Assembly: GCA_002269645.1 (NCBI GenBank)
Contig: NIVC01000178.1
Span: 1-64,000 of the forward strand
Length of the DNA stretch: 64,000 nucleotides
Direction of reading: 5' to 3'
DNA from: Macrostomum lignano
Lineage: Eukaryota
The first letter of the stretch is position 1. Each line of letters starts with the position of its first letter. Below the pieces are notes generated by a model. That model was given only the letters and a program-made list of their open reading frames with translations, did not search any database and was not told the origin of the DNA. Both the position numbers and the translations under genes were made by a program. Shown one piece after another: positions 37,752 through 49,243 of the stretch.

Positions 37752-40485
37752 ATGGCCAGCAGAGATTCGCTTAGAGTTGAGGACGCAACTGGACGAAGCG
37801 ACAGCGACAGTGACAACGAGAATGAGCAGGACAATGGCGAAGATACCGACGGTGAAGATCATGAAGTCGAGGGTGAAGGAAAAGCTACAGGCGCCGAATT
37901 CGACATTGAAGATGGCGATGTGACAGCTCAGAAGGAGCTCGATGAGCTGTCTTCCGGCGCCAGTTCGGACACCGGAGGCGACGCCGTTAAGAGCGGCAGC
38001 AAGAGAAAGCGGCGATCCCATAAGAAGAAGATCAAATCGGCTTGGTCTTCGATCGGTAGCAGTGAGTCAATTGGTAGCAAGTGGTAATATTTCGGCTCTA
38101 GCTGGCCTTTCTACGAGCTACATACTTAGACTAATCAATATCCTTCGCACATCGATTTATGAAGAGTTAAAACATATTTCATAACTTAATTTTTACGACT
38201 AGTGGCACAAAATTATTAGCTCAGTATTTTCGATATTCTGGAAATTAACTCCGTTGAGTCCTTTGTTAACCAGAGACATCGCTAAAGAGTAAAAAATAAC
38301 GTTTAGAAGGTGGCCTCCACAAAAGTTAACGCACGAAGTCCACGAATCCAGCAGCGAAAAGAGGGTTTTGTACGTTGTAAGCTTCAAACTTTATACTCGG
38401 TAGGGTTCATTAAGCGACCTAAGACTCAACAAAGTACCCAAGTTCAATCAATCAAATTTTCCGTCCATAAAATGTCATCTTGTGTGAATTACCAACCCCA
38501 AGGACTCACACTACGCGTGTGCCTTTGTACGTATGCGTGCTCATAGGTCAGCGGATTACGCGTTGGCTAAGCTATCACAAAAATCAAAAGAAGCACCCAC
38601 AAAAAGTGGGTGCCCAGTGTGTCCCCAGCAATCAAACAATCTTTCTGAAGCTTTGCAACCCTAAAAAATGTAGAAGCCAGCAGCACCGCAGCGGGAGGCA
38701 GCCGGCTGAGCAGCGTCGTCCGCTCGGCAGCCAGCAGCAACAACGCCCAGGACCGAGACGAGCGCTACCTCAAAGAATTTTCCGTCCTATCAAAGAAGCG
38801 CTCGCCGCTCAATAAGAAGTACAAGTTCAAGGGCAAGCACGTGGTTTACCACGGCCTGGACCCAAATGACGGCCCGTCCGACGAGGTCGAATTCGAGAGC
38901 GACTGGGCGCCGATCCTCATCCGAGCCAGTGGCAAACGAATGAACCCGAAGAAGGTGCAAAATCTTCTGCCGCTGTTGAAGAAGCGAATCGGCCAGCTGG
39001 TTATAAACGACCCCGGTATGAAGCGGGTCATCCGTCCGGTGTACCTGAAATGCACTGAGCAGCCAAAGCACGTGGCCTCCGGGTTCACCGTTTGCTTTAA
39101 TTATCCAGGTGAGTAATTGTTCATCAAAGAGAATATTAAAAAGTTGAAGACTCTGAAATCCTGGGCTTTCTCGATCAGTTTAAGCCTTGTATCACTCTGC
39201 CTTTGAGCATCAAAGTTTGCCATAGGTTTTTGTACCCACTAGGTCCCTAAATCAGTCTAAAGTCCGTCCAAACTTTTAATAAAACTTTTAATATCGGAAA
39301 ATAGTCTCCATACCACTGAATTCATCACTAAGTCCGGATTCCAAGTGCCCCAAGTGATCTGTCCAAATCGGAGCAATGGCACTAGTAAACCATAAGAAGT
39401 CCTCGTCTACCAAGGCCTCTCTCTGACGCACGCGGAAGTCCGTGCGGCCATTGCCACTCGACTACGCGACGCGGTCCACATGCCATACACAATCAACAGC
39501 ATCCAGTTTCTGCCGCTGGCCAGCCAGCTGGAAGTTTCCGGCATGGACAATCGCTGGCTGGTTTCGCTCAGTCGAAACGACGCTAAACTGGAATTAATTC
39601 GCTTCGGGTTGAAGCTGCGAACAAGTCACGTGACTGTGCGAGACTACGGCGACGTGCAACGAATTGAGATCACCGTGTGGAGTCTCATTAATCGGGATCG
39701 GTGCGAATCTGCCGCTAGCAGGTAGGACGTCGGCAGCGGGCCCCCGCTGCTATTTGTCTATTTTTGGAAGGAGGCACAATGCATAGATGAATGAAGATCC
39801 ATGAGGTCCAGTAATATTGCACAAATATCAATCACTTCGTACAGATGACCACAATGAAGGACCATTAAGGACCAACTGCTAGTCTTAGGCGGTAGCAAAT
39901 GAGGTCGGTGGTAATTCGTTCGATTCTTGTACCAAAGTACTCGTACCTGCGATTCCGCAAATTGGCCTGAGGGTTTGCCATGAGATTCATGTCCACAGGG
40001 CCCAACAAACCCTAAGATGCAGGCAGGGTATGTAGACTCACGACTACACACGTAGATGTACACAGGCACTCATTCAGGGATGTGTACAGTAGCCCTGACT
40101 TCCTGTCGGCAGGCTCAGGGATCGGCTTTCATAATCATAAAACCCAAGTTCTTGTGGAGAGCGGAATCAAACCCGAGACGCTTTGACGCTTTGTTTCAGA
40201 CCCTTAGAGCCCTAAGACTCTGATTCAAGTCACCCTTTGTTTTCAACCAAAAAACTCTTTTCAAGCCGAGACACGCTGCAGGCGACGCCCAGCCCAGGAA
40301 ACTTGTCGACTCTGTCGTCGTCTCGAAGTCCGCTGAGCTCAGCCGCCGCTGGCGGCAGCAGCAACAGTCGAGACGAGAGCGCCCTGGGCTCCGTAATCGG
40401 CAGCGACCTTGACCGGGTGAAGCACGCCCTGCTCCGCAGGCGAAACACTTATGCCGAGCTGCGCCAAGTCCTGGCTGATAAATGA
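37752..40485 (+). CDS. Uncharacterised protein, ~429 aa (acidic N-terminus, basic NLS-like patch, globular core)
   Basis: Model join(37752..38061,38674..39108,39397..39721,40266..40485), 1290 nt. Donors GTGAGT, GTGAGT, GTAGGA have consistent phases (1, 1, 2). Confidence 0.7.
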
Positions 40486-40779
40486 CCGACAATTGATCGT
40501 GAATGTTGGTTGCATCTTCAATCCTCGACTTCTCTGATTACAAGAAATTTGTCTCGCTCAGACTTTAAATGGAATTTTGCGCCATTTTTGAAATTCACCC
40601 CTTAATCCTCACTTTAATTTTTAATCCTGCTTACTGCCAGCTGGTTTAATTTTTTTCAACCCTAGCCGTGCACTACCTTGTCCCTTATCTTCCCACCTAT
40701 CCTTTCATCTAGCACCCTGGGTGCCTTTTCCCCCTGTGTCATATCGCTCTCAGCTTCAAACCCCTCCATTTTGTGCATT

Positions 40780-41160
40780 CCCCCCTCTCTCCTTGTCTTA
40801 TCACTCTCGCTTCAACCCCACTCCATTTTGTGCCCTTACCCCTCTCTCCCCTGTGTCTTATCACTCTCGCTTTAACCCCCCATCGATTCTGTGCCCTTAC
40901 CCCTCTCTCCCCTGTGTCTTCTCACTCTCGCTTCAATTCCCCCCATTCTGTGCCCTTACCCCTCTCTCCCCTGTGTCTTATCACTCTCGCTTTAACCCCC
41001 CATCGATTCTGTGCCCTTACCCCTCTCTCCCCTGTGTCTTATCACTCTCGCTTCACCCCCCCCCCATTTTATGCCCCTACCCCTCTCTCCCGTGTCTTAT
41101 CACTCTCGCTTAACCCCCCTTGTGCCTTTTCCCCTCGCTCGCCTGTGTTTTATCACTCTC
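40780..41160. repeat. ~60-bp pyrimidine-rich tandem repeat
   Basis: TCACTCTCGCTT(C/T)AACCCC...TGTGCCCTTACCCCTCTCTCCCCTGTGTCTTA, about 6 copies. Confidence 0.88.
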
Positions 41161-43363
41161 GCTTCTGATTGGCTCTTCATTTTCACCTCTACCCTAGTAG
41201 TGCACTTTCTCGTTCTATATCGCCCAGTCTACTTATCCGTGGCTCCACCAACCCTTACGTCTAGCACCCAACCCCCCATTTTGTGCGTTGCATCCTGTCG
41301 CTCCCCTCTGTCTTTCCTCGCCTCTGATTGGCTCTCCATTTTCATTTTTTCCCCAGTAGTGCCCTCTTTGTCGCCCTATTTTGTGCCACTTCTTCTCTCT
41401 CCTCGTATAATATCTCTCTCCTGATTGGCTCTAGATTTTCATATCTAAGCACGCCATGAACTCTCAATTCTGATCACCACAATTCAGAACCCTATCAAAA
41501 TACTTTACAAATTCTTTCCGCAAAGAACAGATTATCCTACAAAAAAGACGATGCTGCTAACAATTTTCGACTTCAAAATATTGAGTAATCTGATGATGAA
41601 AGTGCATATTTCTTTTAAACAAAATTGAAAACTGCATTGGTATATTATATTTTTGAGATTCCAAAACAAAAAACGGCTGTTGTGGCGCATGCAGCGAAAA
41701 ACACAGTGAGCGGAAAGCAACAAAACATGCAACACCACAGAAGAAAAATATGGAATAAATTATCGCCAAAAATTGCCAGATAGAAAACTAAAAAACCTAC
41801 CTTACGTGGTAGACGGAGTAGTAAAAACCCCGCTAACAGTAAACCTGGGTGCATTAGAAAGTACATGTAATACCGAGAGATTTCATAACGCACAATCTGT
41901 CAGCGCAATCTGCCAAGTTAAGTAGAGTTGTCCGCGGTTAGTGCATGATAGAATTTGCCGTCTTCGCATCTGATCACTAATTATTAACGCAAGAAAGCTC
42001 CTCAGAAAACCCAAAAATATTATAAATTAGAAAGCTGACACCGTAACAGAAAAGGTTTAAAAAAAGCTGGAATGGTGCATTTTAGGTTTTTTTGTACAGA
42101 AAGACGACGATAAAACAACAAAATAAAAAAATCATAGTTTACTATGACGAGATCAGCAATAGGTTATGATAATATGCTCTTCAATTTGTACCAAGCCAAG
42201 GAGAAACTCTACAACTAATATAATCCATGTGCAGCACTATAGCGCAGAATTGGGCACAACAAGCTTAACAACAATAGAATAATTTGCTGTACTTTTTCCT
42301 TTTTATAGTGTTTTCTACTTTCAAGACGAAAGAATTATAAAAAAGACACAGAGAGGAAAAAGTGATGGATATTAACTATGCCTGTATAAGCTGACGGAAT
42401 TTGCATGTAATTAGCTACCATTTCTACTATAAGTAGTTGTAGTTGATCCATCTTCTTAGTAAACCCGTTTGTCGCACAGACACTAGAATAACTAGATGGG
42501 CCTTAGCAAAACATCTTTCTAGTTTCAGTTTAGTAGCAAAGAAAACATAAGCTATTTTACAAGAATAAAGGCAGCCTAGATGTGAAGTCAAGTTAAGTTA
42601 AGAAGCCAAGATTGCAGACGTAAACAGCTTGCTAATTGGTTGAGCCATAATGTACATTAGCTACTGAAATGTACGTACCAGATTTAGTGATAAAAATTGG
42701 GTGGCGGGGCAGGGGTAGAGGTTCTGTGTGGATTTTGGGGGGGGTAATAGCCAATAAATAAGCCTTGTCTTAAAAACACATTAAAATGCTTCACTTTATC
42801 TTACTACTGAATAGAAAGTAGCTTGCACGCAAATGTGTTGAGTGGCCCATCTAGTTATTGTAGTATATGTGGTTTGTCTTAAAAAGAGTAGCTAAAATAC
42901 AAGTAAAACTCTATATAGAGTCTACAGCGAAAGAAATCAAACTGAAAAACAGGAAAGTGAATTTCTAAGAAAATTCGAAAAGATTCAGTGCATCAGTGGC
43001 GGTGGATCAAATTGAAAAGCAATTTAATGACACAGAAAGTGCTTATACTAGTAAAAAAGATATTTAACAGCGCGCAAAAGATAAATAATTGATTAGCGGC
43101 TGAAAATAGGACGTGAAAAACGAAATTTTTAATGTGGATCGAAAAATATACCATAAAAAGCTAAGTAGCCTACTGCCAGCGAACCGCTGTAGGTAGAGTA
43201 AAGCGAATATATACTTGATATAAGTTGAAAATCTATTTAAGAATAACGAAAAACGCTATTCATACTACTGAATTTGGATCCGATAATTCCACGAGAGTTC
43301 CAACCATTTTTGTTAAAAAGGTCTTGACAGGAGGTTGAAGAAAACAAGTCTTCTGCTTTATGG

Positions 43364-46300
43364 TCACTTTTTCTTTGCCGGCTTCGGCTTGTGCTTGGCC
43401 AGCTGTTTCAGCAATTTCAGTTCCTTCTTGACCGCAAGCAGACGCTGACCTGGCTGACTTTTCTTCTCTGACGATTTCATATCGTTTGCCATTTTTTTCA
43501 CCTGCTTGTAGATCTCGGACATCTGGGCCTGGTTAATGATTAATCACAATGTCGCTATGAAAATTTTGCCATACTACTAAAGATATTATAAACTATCAAT
43601 ACGGCTCGTATTGATTTCCAAATTTACATGAGTAAAAATATTGACAGACATACTACACTCGTACAATGTATGCTAATCTTGAGTATTATCGTATTTCTTT
43701 TTACTATAAGTTGCACTGCGGAATTCGCTGATTTTATTATAAACAAGCTGTTGAAACCCGCGGATTTTGAACCCGGGGAATTCCAATACCCGGAACTACT
43801 TTTGCATGTATTCTGAAATCTAAGGCCATACACAAACAAAAACTTGTTAATAGTTAGGAATTTAGGATAGAGTTAAACATAAAATAGAGTACATTCGTGT
43901 ACAATTAGTATTTAAAGCAAACATTAATATTGTTGGTTGGGGTGCTGCACAGAATGTCAGGCAAACTCATGGCCTCTGCCTCTCCTTGTGTCCCTTGGAA
44001 GTTGGATCCTTAGAAACTTCTATCTTTACCTTTTCTTCTGTTTTCTCTCTTCTCTCTGGTCTGTGGTCTCTTCTCTCTCTCCTCTATCCCCTCTTCTCTC
44101 GTCTATTCCCTCTTAATAATTTCTCTCCTCTCCTCTCCTCTCTGCTCTCTTATCTCTCCCTTTCTCCTGTTTCATCTCTTCCTATTTCTCTCTGCTCTCT
44201 ATTCTATCTTCCCTCTGCTCTCTACTCTCTCTTCTCTCTCCTCTCTACTCTATTTTCTCTCTGCTCTCTACTCTCTTCTCTCTGCTCTCTATTCTCTCTT
44301 CCCTCTCCCCTCTTCTCACTCCTTACTCTACCCTCTCCGAACACTTCTCCTCTCTCCTTTCTCCTCTCCTCCCTCTTCTGTACTCTGTACTCTCTCGTCT
44401 CTCTCCTCTCCTCTCCTCTCTTCTCTCTCCTCTCTTCTATCGTCTCTTCCTTCGCCTCTCCTCTCTCGTCTTTGCTCTCTTATCTATCTCTCCTTTCTCT
44501 TCTTTTATCTTTTCTCTCTTATCTCTTCTCATTTCTCTCTGCATGCTCTCTACCTCTATCTCTCCCTCTCTCTCCTCTCCCCTCTCTCATCCTTTCCCCT
44601 CTTTCCCCTGTCCTCTCGATTCTCTCCCCTCCCCTCCTCTTTCTTCACTCACTTCTCTCTCTCTCTCCCTTTGTCTCACCTTTCATATCTCATCTCTTAT
44701 TTCTTATCTATCCTTTTTCTCTACTCTCCCATCTCTCGTCTTTGCTCTCTCAGTCTTATCTTCCCTCTCTCATCTGTCATCTTTACTCTCGTATACTCGT
44801 ATGTTCTCACCTCTCTCCTCTGTACTCTTCTCTTTCCCCTCATCTGACTCCTCTCTCCTCTTTCCTCTCAGATATCGTGTTCGCTCTCATCCCCTCTCTT
44901 TTCTGTCATCTGTACTCTCCAATTTTCAGTGTACTCTTCTCTTTACCCTCTTCTGATTCCTCTCTTTCCTTACTCCTCTTCTCTCTACTATACTCTCTCC
45001 CCTCTATTCTCTTCTCTCGCCTTTCTGCACTCTGCTCTCTCCTCCTTCATCTCTCATCTCTACTCTCTTCTCACTCTTGTCTACTCTCCTCTGTCATCGA
45101 TCCTGTCTCATCTCTCCCATCTTCTCTCTCCCTCTTCTCACTTCTACTCTTTCCTCTCTCTTCTCTCTCTTCTCCTCTCGCTTCTTACTCCAATATTATC
45201 TGCTCACTCCTTATCCTTACCCCATCATCTCTCTTCTTGTCTTCTATCTTTTCTCTTATCCTCCTCTCGCTTCTCCTCTCTTCTTATAGTCTATTGCTTC
45301 TCCTTTTAACTCTCATCTCATCAGCCATGAGCTGCATTCTTTATCTGGCATTTGAGGTTAAAGTCTGCCAATCCCCGCTTCGAAAGCGTTTGTGGGACGT
45401 AGTACTCTCATGGTTGTTATGCTTTAATCACATCATATTTCTGGCCAATTAGCAGCCCTGAGAGGAATTTGTGTATCTCCCTCCAGCCCAGCTCCACCAC
45501 CACAGTCTGCAGCAGTCTAACAACCAAGGAAATACACATTTCTTAGGAGCCATTTAAATTTTAAAGTACCTTATGCGAATCTTAATGTTAAAATTTTCAT
45601 GGTGTAACTAATTTAGTAGGATTGCATTGTAATCACTACTAATCAGTTATTAATTTTTCGCTTTTACAAACCATCCCATATCGCCTTGATTTGCCATCCA
45701 CTGTTAAACTGCTGCAGACTTGTCTATACAGAGGACAGTGGTTTGAATCTCTCGCTGAAACTGTCTCTCCTCTCCACGCCTCTCCGCGCGCGGGGTGCCG
45801 AGAAGGCTATTAAAAAGTTATTCCAAAACACTGTACATTCGCTAAGTACATTGAGCCCTATCGCCTGACCCTTCGTCTGGGCTGGGGGAATGAGTGAGTG
45901 AGAGGCACAAACAACAGAAAAGCAGACAAAATTCACATGCTTACAGTTTCTGTCCTGATTGAGATACAGAGTTGAGACTTTACATGTAGACAGAGAATGA
46001 GTCAATAAAGAATTGTGTCAAATTTGAAGTCAATCGCTTCACGTGGAGCAAAACTATGGCAGCCGAAAGTTAGGCATTTTAAAACCTACTCACACCCTTT
46101 GCCCAGATCGGGAAAGAGAGGCAGGCGGGCGGAGGTTGGGGTGGCTGCCTCGCTGAAAAAAACAGCCAAACTTTAAAAGTGCACAGCGCCGTTCAGGATT
46201 AACTTTCAGACTCTAAATTTTACATGATTGTGCCAAAATAGTTGAAAATTGTCTGTGTCAAATTTGAAAAGAATCGGTAGAAGTGGAGCGGCGCTATGGA

Positions 46301-48598
46301 GGATTTAGTGAAAAAATTGCGCATTTTGAGCAGCTTTTTGCACTTTTAGGTAGGAAGACTCAAATTTAGGAAATTAAAAGGTAGCCTAAGACATTCTCCG
46401 TAGTAAGTTTAGGGTGGGTGTAAAGTTTGGTGTAATTTGGTTGAGCGGTTTGGGAGTCCATAGCGATCAAAATTGTCCACACACACACACACACACAGAG
46501 TTTTGATTTTTATAGGTAGAGATTAGAAATTTCATACCCATAACTCAACGACTATTTTTACTCCAAGTAGAGTATCTGTTCCTACCACAGATACTGGAAT
46601 AGCCACTCGCAATTAAAGTCGTGAAAAAAGTGAAGCGTCTACTTTTTTCAATAGTTTTTCAGCGCAGTTTCACTTAAATTTAATATGACACTAAAATTTC
46701 TATTCTTTCCTCGGGATTTGCGGCCTCAGAAGCGTATGGGGTAAACAATGACAACAAGCGTTTAACTCGGTGTACACAAGTAAGCGCAAGACGGACGAAA
46801 CTGAGCCTAGGGGACAGGCCCAATCTAGCTCAGCCAATGAGAGAGCAGTAAGAAGAGAGGGTTAAAGTCAGACGGACGAAACTGAGCCTAGGGGACAGGC
46901 CCAATCTAGCTCAGCCAATGAGAGAGCAGTAAGAAGAGAGGGTTAAAGTCAGACGGACGAAACTGAGCCTGGGGGACAGGCCCAATCTAGATCAGCCAAT
47001 GAGAGACTAATAAGGAGAGATGTCAAAGTCAGACAAGCGGGCAAAAGGAAAGCCAAACTGTTTATTGGCCTGGCTGGGGCTGGAGCACCACCCCCTTTTT
47101 CGCTTGCTCGCTATGCACACACACCGGATTTGGATTATTAAAGTTCATTAGGCTTGTCTTGCCCATCGTAGAGCACAAAAGTATTGCCATTGGCTAAGGT
47201 GACTGGCAGTTTGAAGTTACGAGCGTAAGCAGTCACATATGGCTATTTGAATTTGGCTGCAATTTCTGCATGTAACTTACGGACATCTGCCGAATTGGCT
47301 ACTCAGCACCTGACAGCTACTCATAGTAAAGCACAAGAAATTTTTTCTCTCTCTCAAACTTACTCGAACAGCCGCAGCCAGGGGCGCCGGTCGACCAGCC
47401 AAAGCGACAAAGTCGCCACCCCTAGCAGCAGTTTTCCCAGCTTTACTGTCGCAGCCGCCGCCGCTAGACAATGTTGGCCACCAGATCGAGGCCAGTTCGG
47501 CGCGGCTCGCCTCGCAAGCCAGCGCGCCGAGCAGCTCCAGCCAGGCCATCCGCATGGCAACATCGCGTCTAAGTCGACGAGTCGACGGCGTAGAAAATTC
47601 GCCAATAGAAGCGACCAGTGTGCTCGGCGAGTAGGCCACTGAGCGGCACTTCGGATCGTTAATCAATTTAGCCAGCAGTTCGGCAATCAGGCAGAATCCT
47701 ACATCGTCAGCGCTGGATGCTGTCGAGTCGCTGCTGCCAAGGCGACGCAGCCGAGCCAGCAAGGCGGACAGGCGGCCGGTGAGCAGCGGGTGGCAGGCAG
47801 GCCCCAGCTGGTTCAGCAGCCGCAGGGCGTGCGGCCTCACCCGGTCAGAAGCCACCGCGTCGTCCACTAGTAACGGAGCCAATCGCAGATCTGTAGTTGC
47901 CATGGAGACGCTGTTGTTGTTAGCGCCGCGAGCCGATGCCAGCGCCAGGACGCAGCGGACGCGAATCTCGACGCCAGCCTCGGCCTGTCGCTCGTACAGG
48001 TCGGCGAGGGCTTCGTAGAGGCGTCCGTTGCGACAGAGCGGCTCGGCGCGCTGAGGCGACAGCAGGAGCCGCCCGATGAGCTGCAGATGGCCGATCAGCT
48101 GACCGGCATCTGTGCCGCCCTGCTCGCCGTTGCTTAACAACGAATAGAGACGTTTAATTAAAATATCGGCGTCGCCGTCAGCTAACAGGAGGGCGGCGTT
48201 GTCAGGCGCGTTGCTAAGGACGCGCAGACGAGCGTCGATAAATTGTGCAGTTAGCAATGGAGCCGAACTATTATTGGCGTCCTTAGCAACCGGTTTAGAT
48301 AGATGCAGTTTTGCGTCCTTAGCAACCAGCGGCACCGGGCTGGCAAAGTTTTGACACATCGCGCTGGCCACCAGATCCAATTCCGAGGCCGCCGCATCAG
48401 CGTCATCAGTTTTCTCCATGGCAACGATGTTGTCAACTATGCCGCTGTCGCCTCGACCACGTCGGATTTGCACCTGCTGATGCGGCAGTTCGTCCGGGCC
48501 GTCTGAGGCCGTCAGACCCGAGTCGCTGCTAGCGCTTGTGTTGGCTGAGACTGCAGCACCGACATTCTTTGTCTCCTGGTCCGCCGCCTGCTGTGCCT
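43364..48598 (-). CDS. Partial gene: ARM/HEAT-like helical protein with Lys-rich C-terminus (5' exon not found)
   Basis: Model complement(join(43364..43528,47364..48598)). Acceptor CTCCCTCAG (phase 1), donor CGA|GTAAGT, acceptor AACCAG (phase 0). Leu/Ala-rich amphipathic helices such as LYEALADLY...VRCVLALAS; ends KHKPKPAKKK-stop. Confidence 0.65.
43970..45300. repeat. CT-rich low-complexity tract
   Basis: About 1.3 kb of degenerate (CT)n/(CTCT)n; source of the spurious Leu/Ser ORFs. Confidence 0.92.
45960..46525 (+). mobile_element. Possible Helentron/DINE-1-like non-autonomous element
   Basis: Repeated GTGTCAAATTTGAA...AATCG...GTGGAGC...CTATGG motif, a third variant, then a (CA)n tract and TTTTTATAGGTAGAGATT. 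The layout resembles DINE-1/Lep1-type repeats as recalled, not searched. Confidence 0.4.
46789..47030. repeat. 81-bp tandem repeat, 3 copies
   Basis: AGACGGACGAAACTGAGCCT... at 46789, 46870 and 46951. Confidence 0.92.
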
Positions 48599-48714
48599 CT
48601 GAGGGAGTTCAGTATGAAATATGGGTCACGCTCTCAGGAGATTGTCAAGTTTGATGTCACATCCCCGGTCTCAAATATTTTTAGTTTGTTAAAACTTCGC
48701 AGGTAATTTTTTAT

Positions 48715-49020
48715 CCTAAAATAGGTAGATAGATAGATAGGTAAATAGATAGGTAGGTAGGTAGGTAGGTAGGTAGGTAGGTAGGTAGATAGGTAGGTAG
48801 GTAGGTAGGTAGGTACATGTAGGTAGGTAGATAGGTGTGAAGGTAGGTTGATAGGTAAGTAAGACAGGTAGGTAGATAGATATGCAAGTATGAAGATATA
48901 TATGTAGACACATATCAATGTGTTTACATACATATCGTGCATATCAATATAGGCATGGATATGGATAAGGTCATACATGTTGATGGATCACACCAAGGTA
49001 AATCATGTGTGACAGTACGA
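48715..49020 (+). repeat. (GGTA)n microsatellite with unique tail; dispersed repeat, copy 1
   Basis: Tail CATGGATATGGATAAGGTCAT...ATGGATCA...CAAGGTAAATCATG.GTGACAG is shared with 50590-50995. Confidence 0.8.
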
Positions 49021-49243
49021 GCTACCCTAGGCTCGGGCACAGACACGGGAAAGGTTTTGATGTATAGCATTAAAAAACTACTGCAAGTAGTGTAGACAAA
49101 ATACGCGCTCAAAAAGTTGGCAATCAGCCAATCGGAACGCAACTACAGACTAGATAGATTATAATAAATAAATTCTAATCTGGAAACTTTATCATAAAAC
49201 TTTTTTCTTACTATCACCTCGCATTGTTAAGCACTCTACAGAG

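Noticed and set aside
42150-42330. Possible LINE RT C-terminal remnant (LLCPILRYSA on the minus strand)
   Set aside because: One short, weak motif; not enough to call.
43986-45452. 488-aa Leu/Ser membrane-like ORF
   Set aside because: Translation of a CT low-complexity tract.
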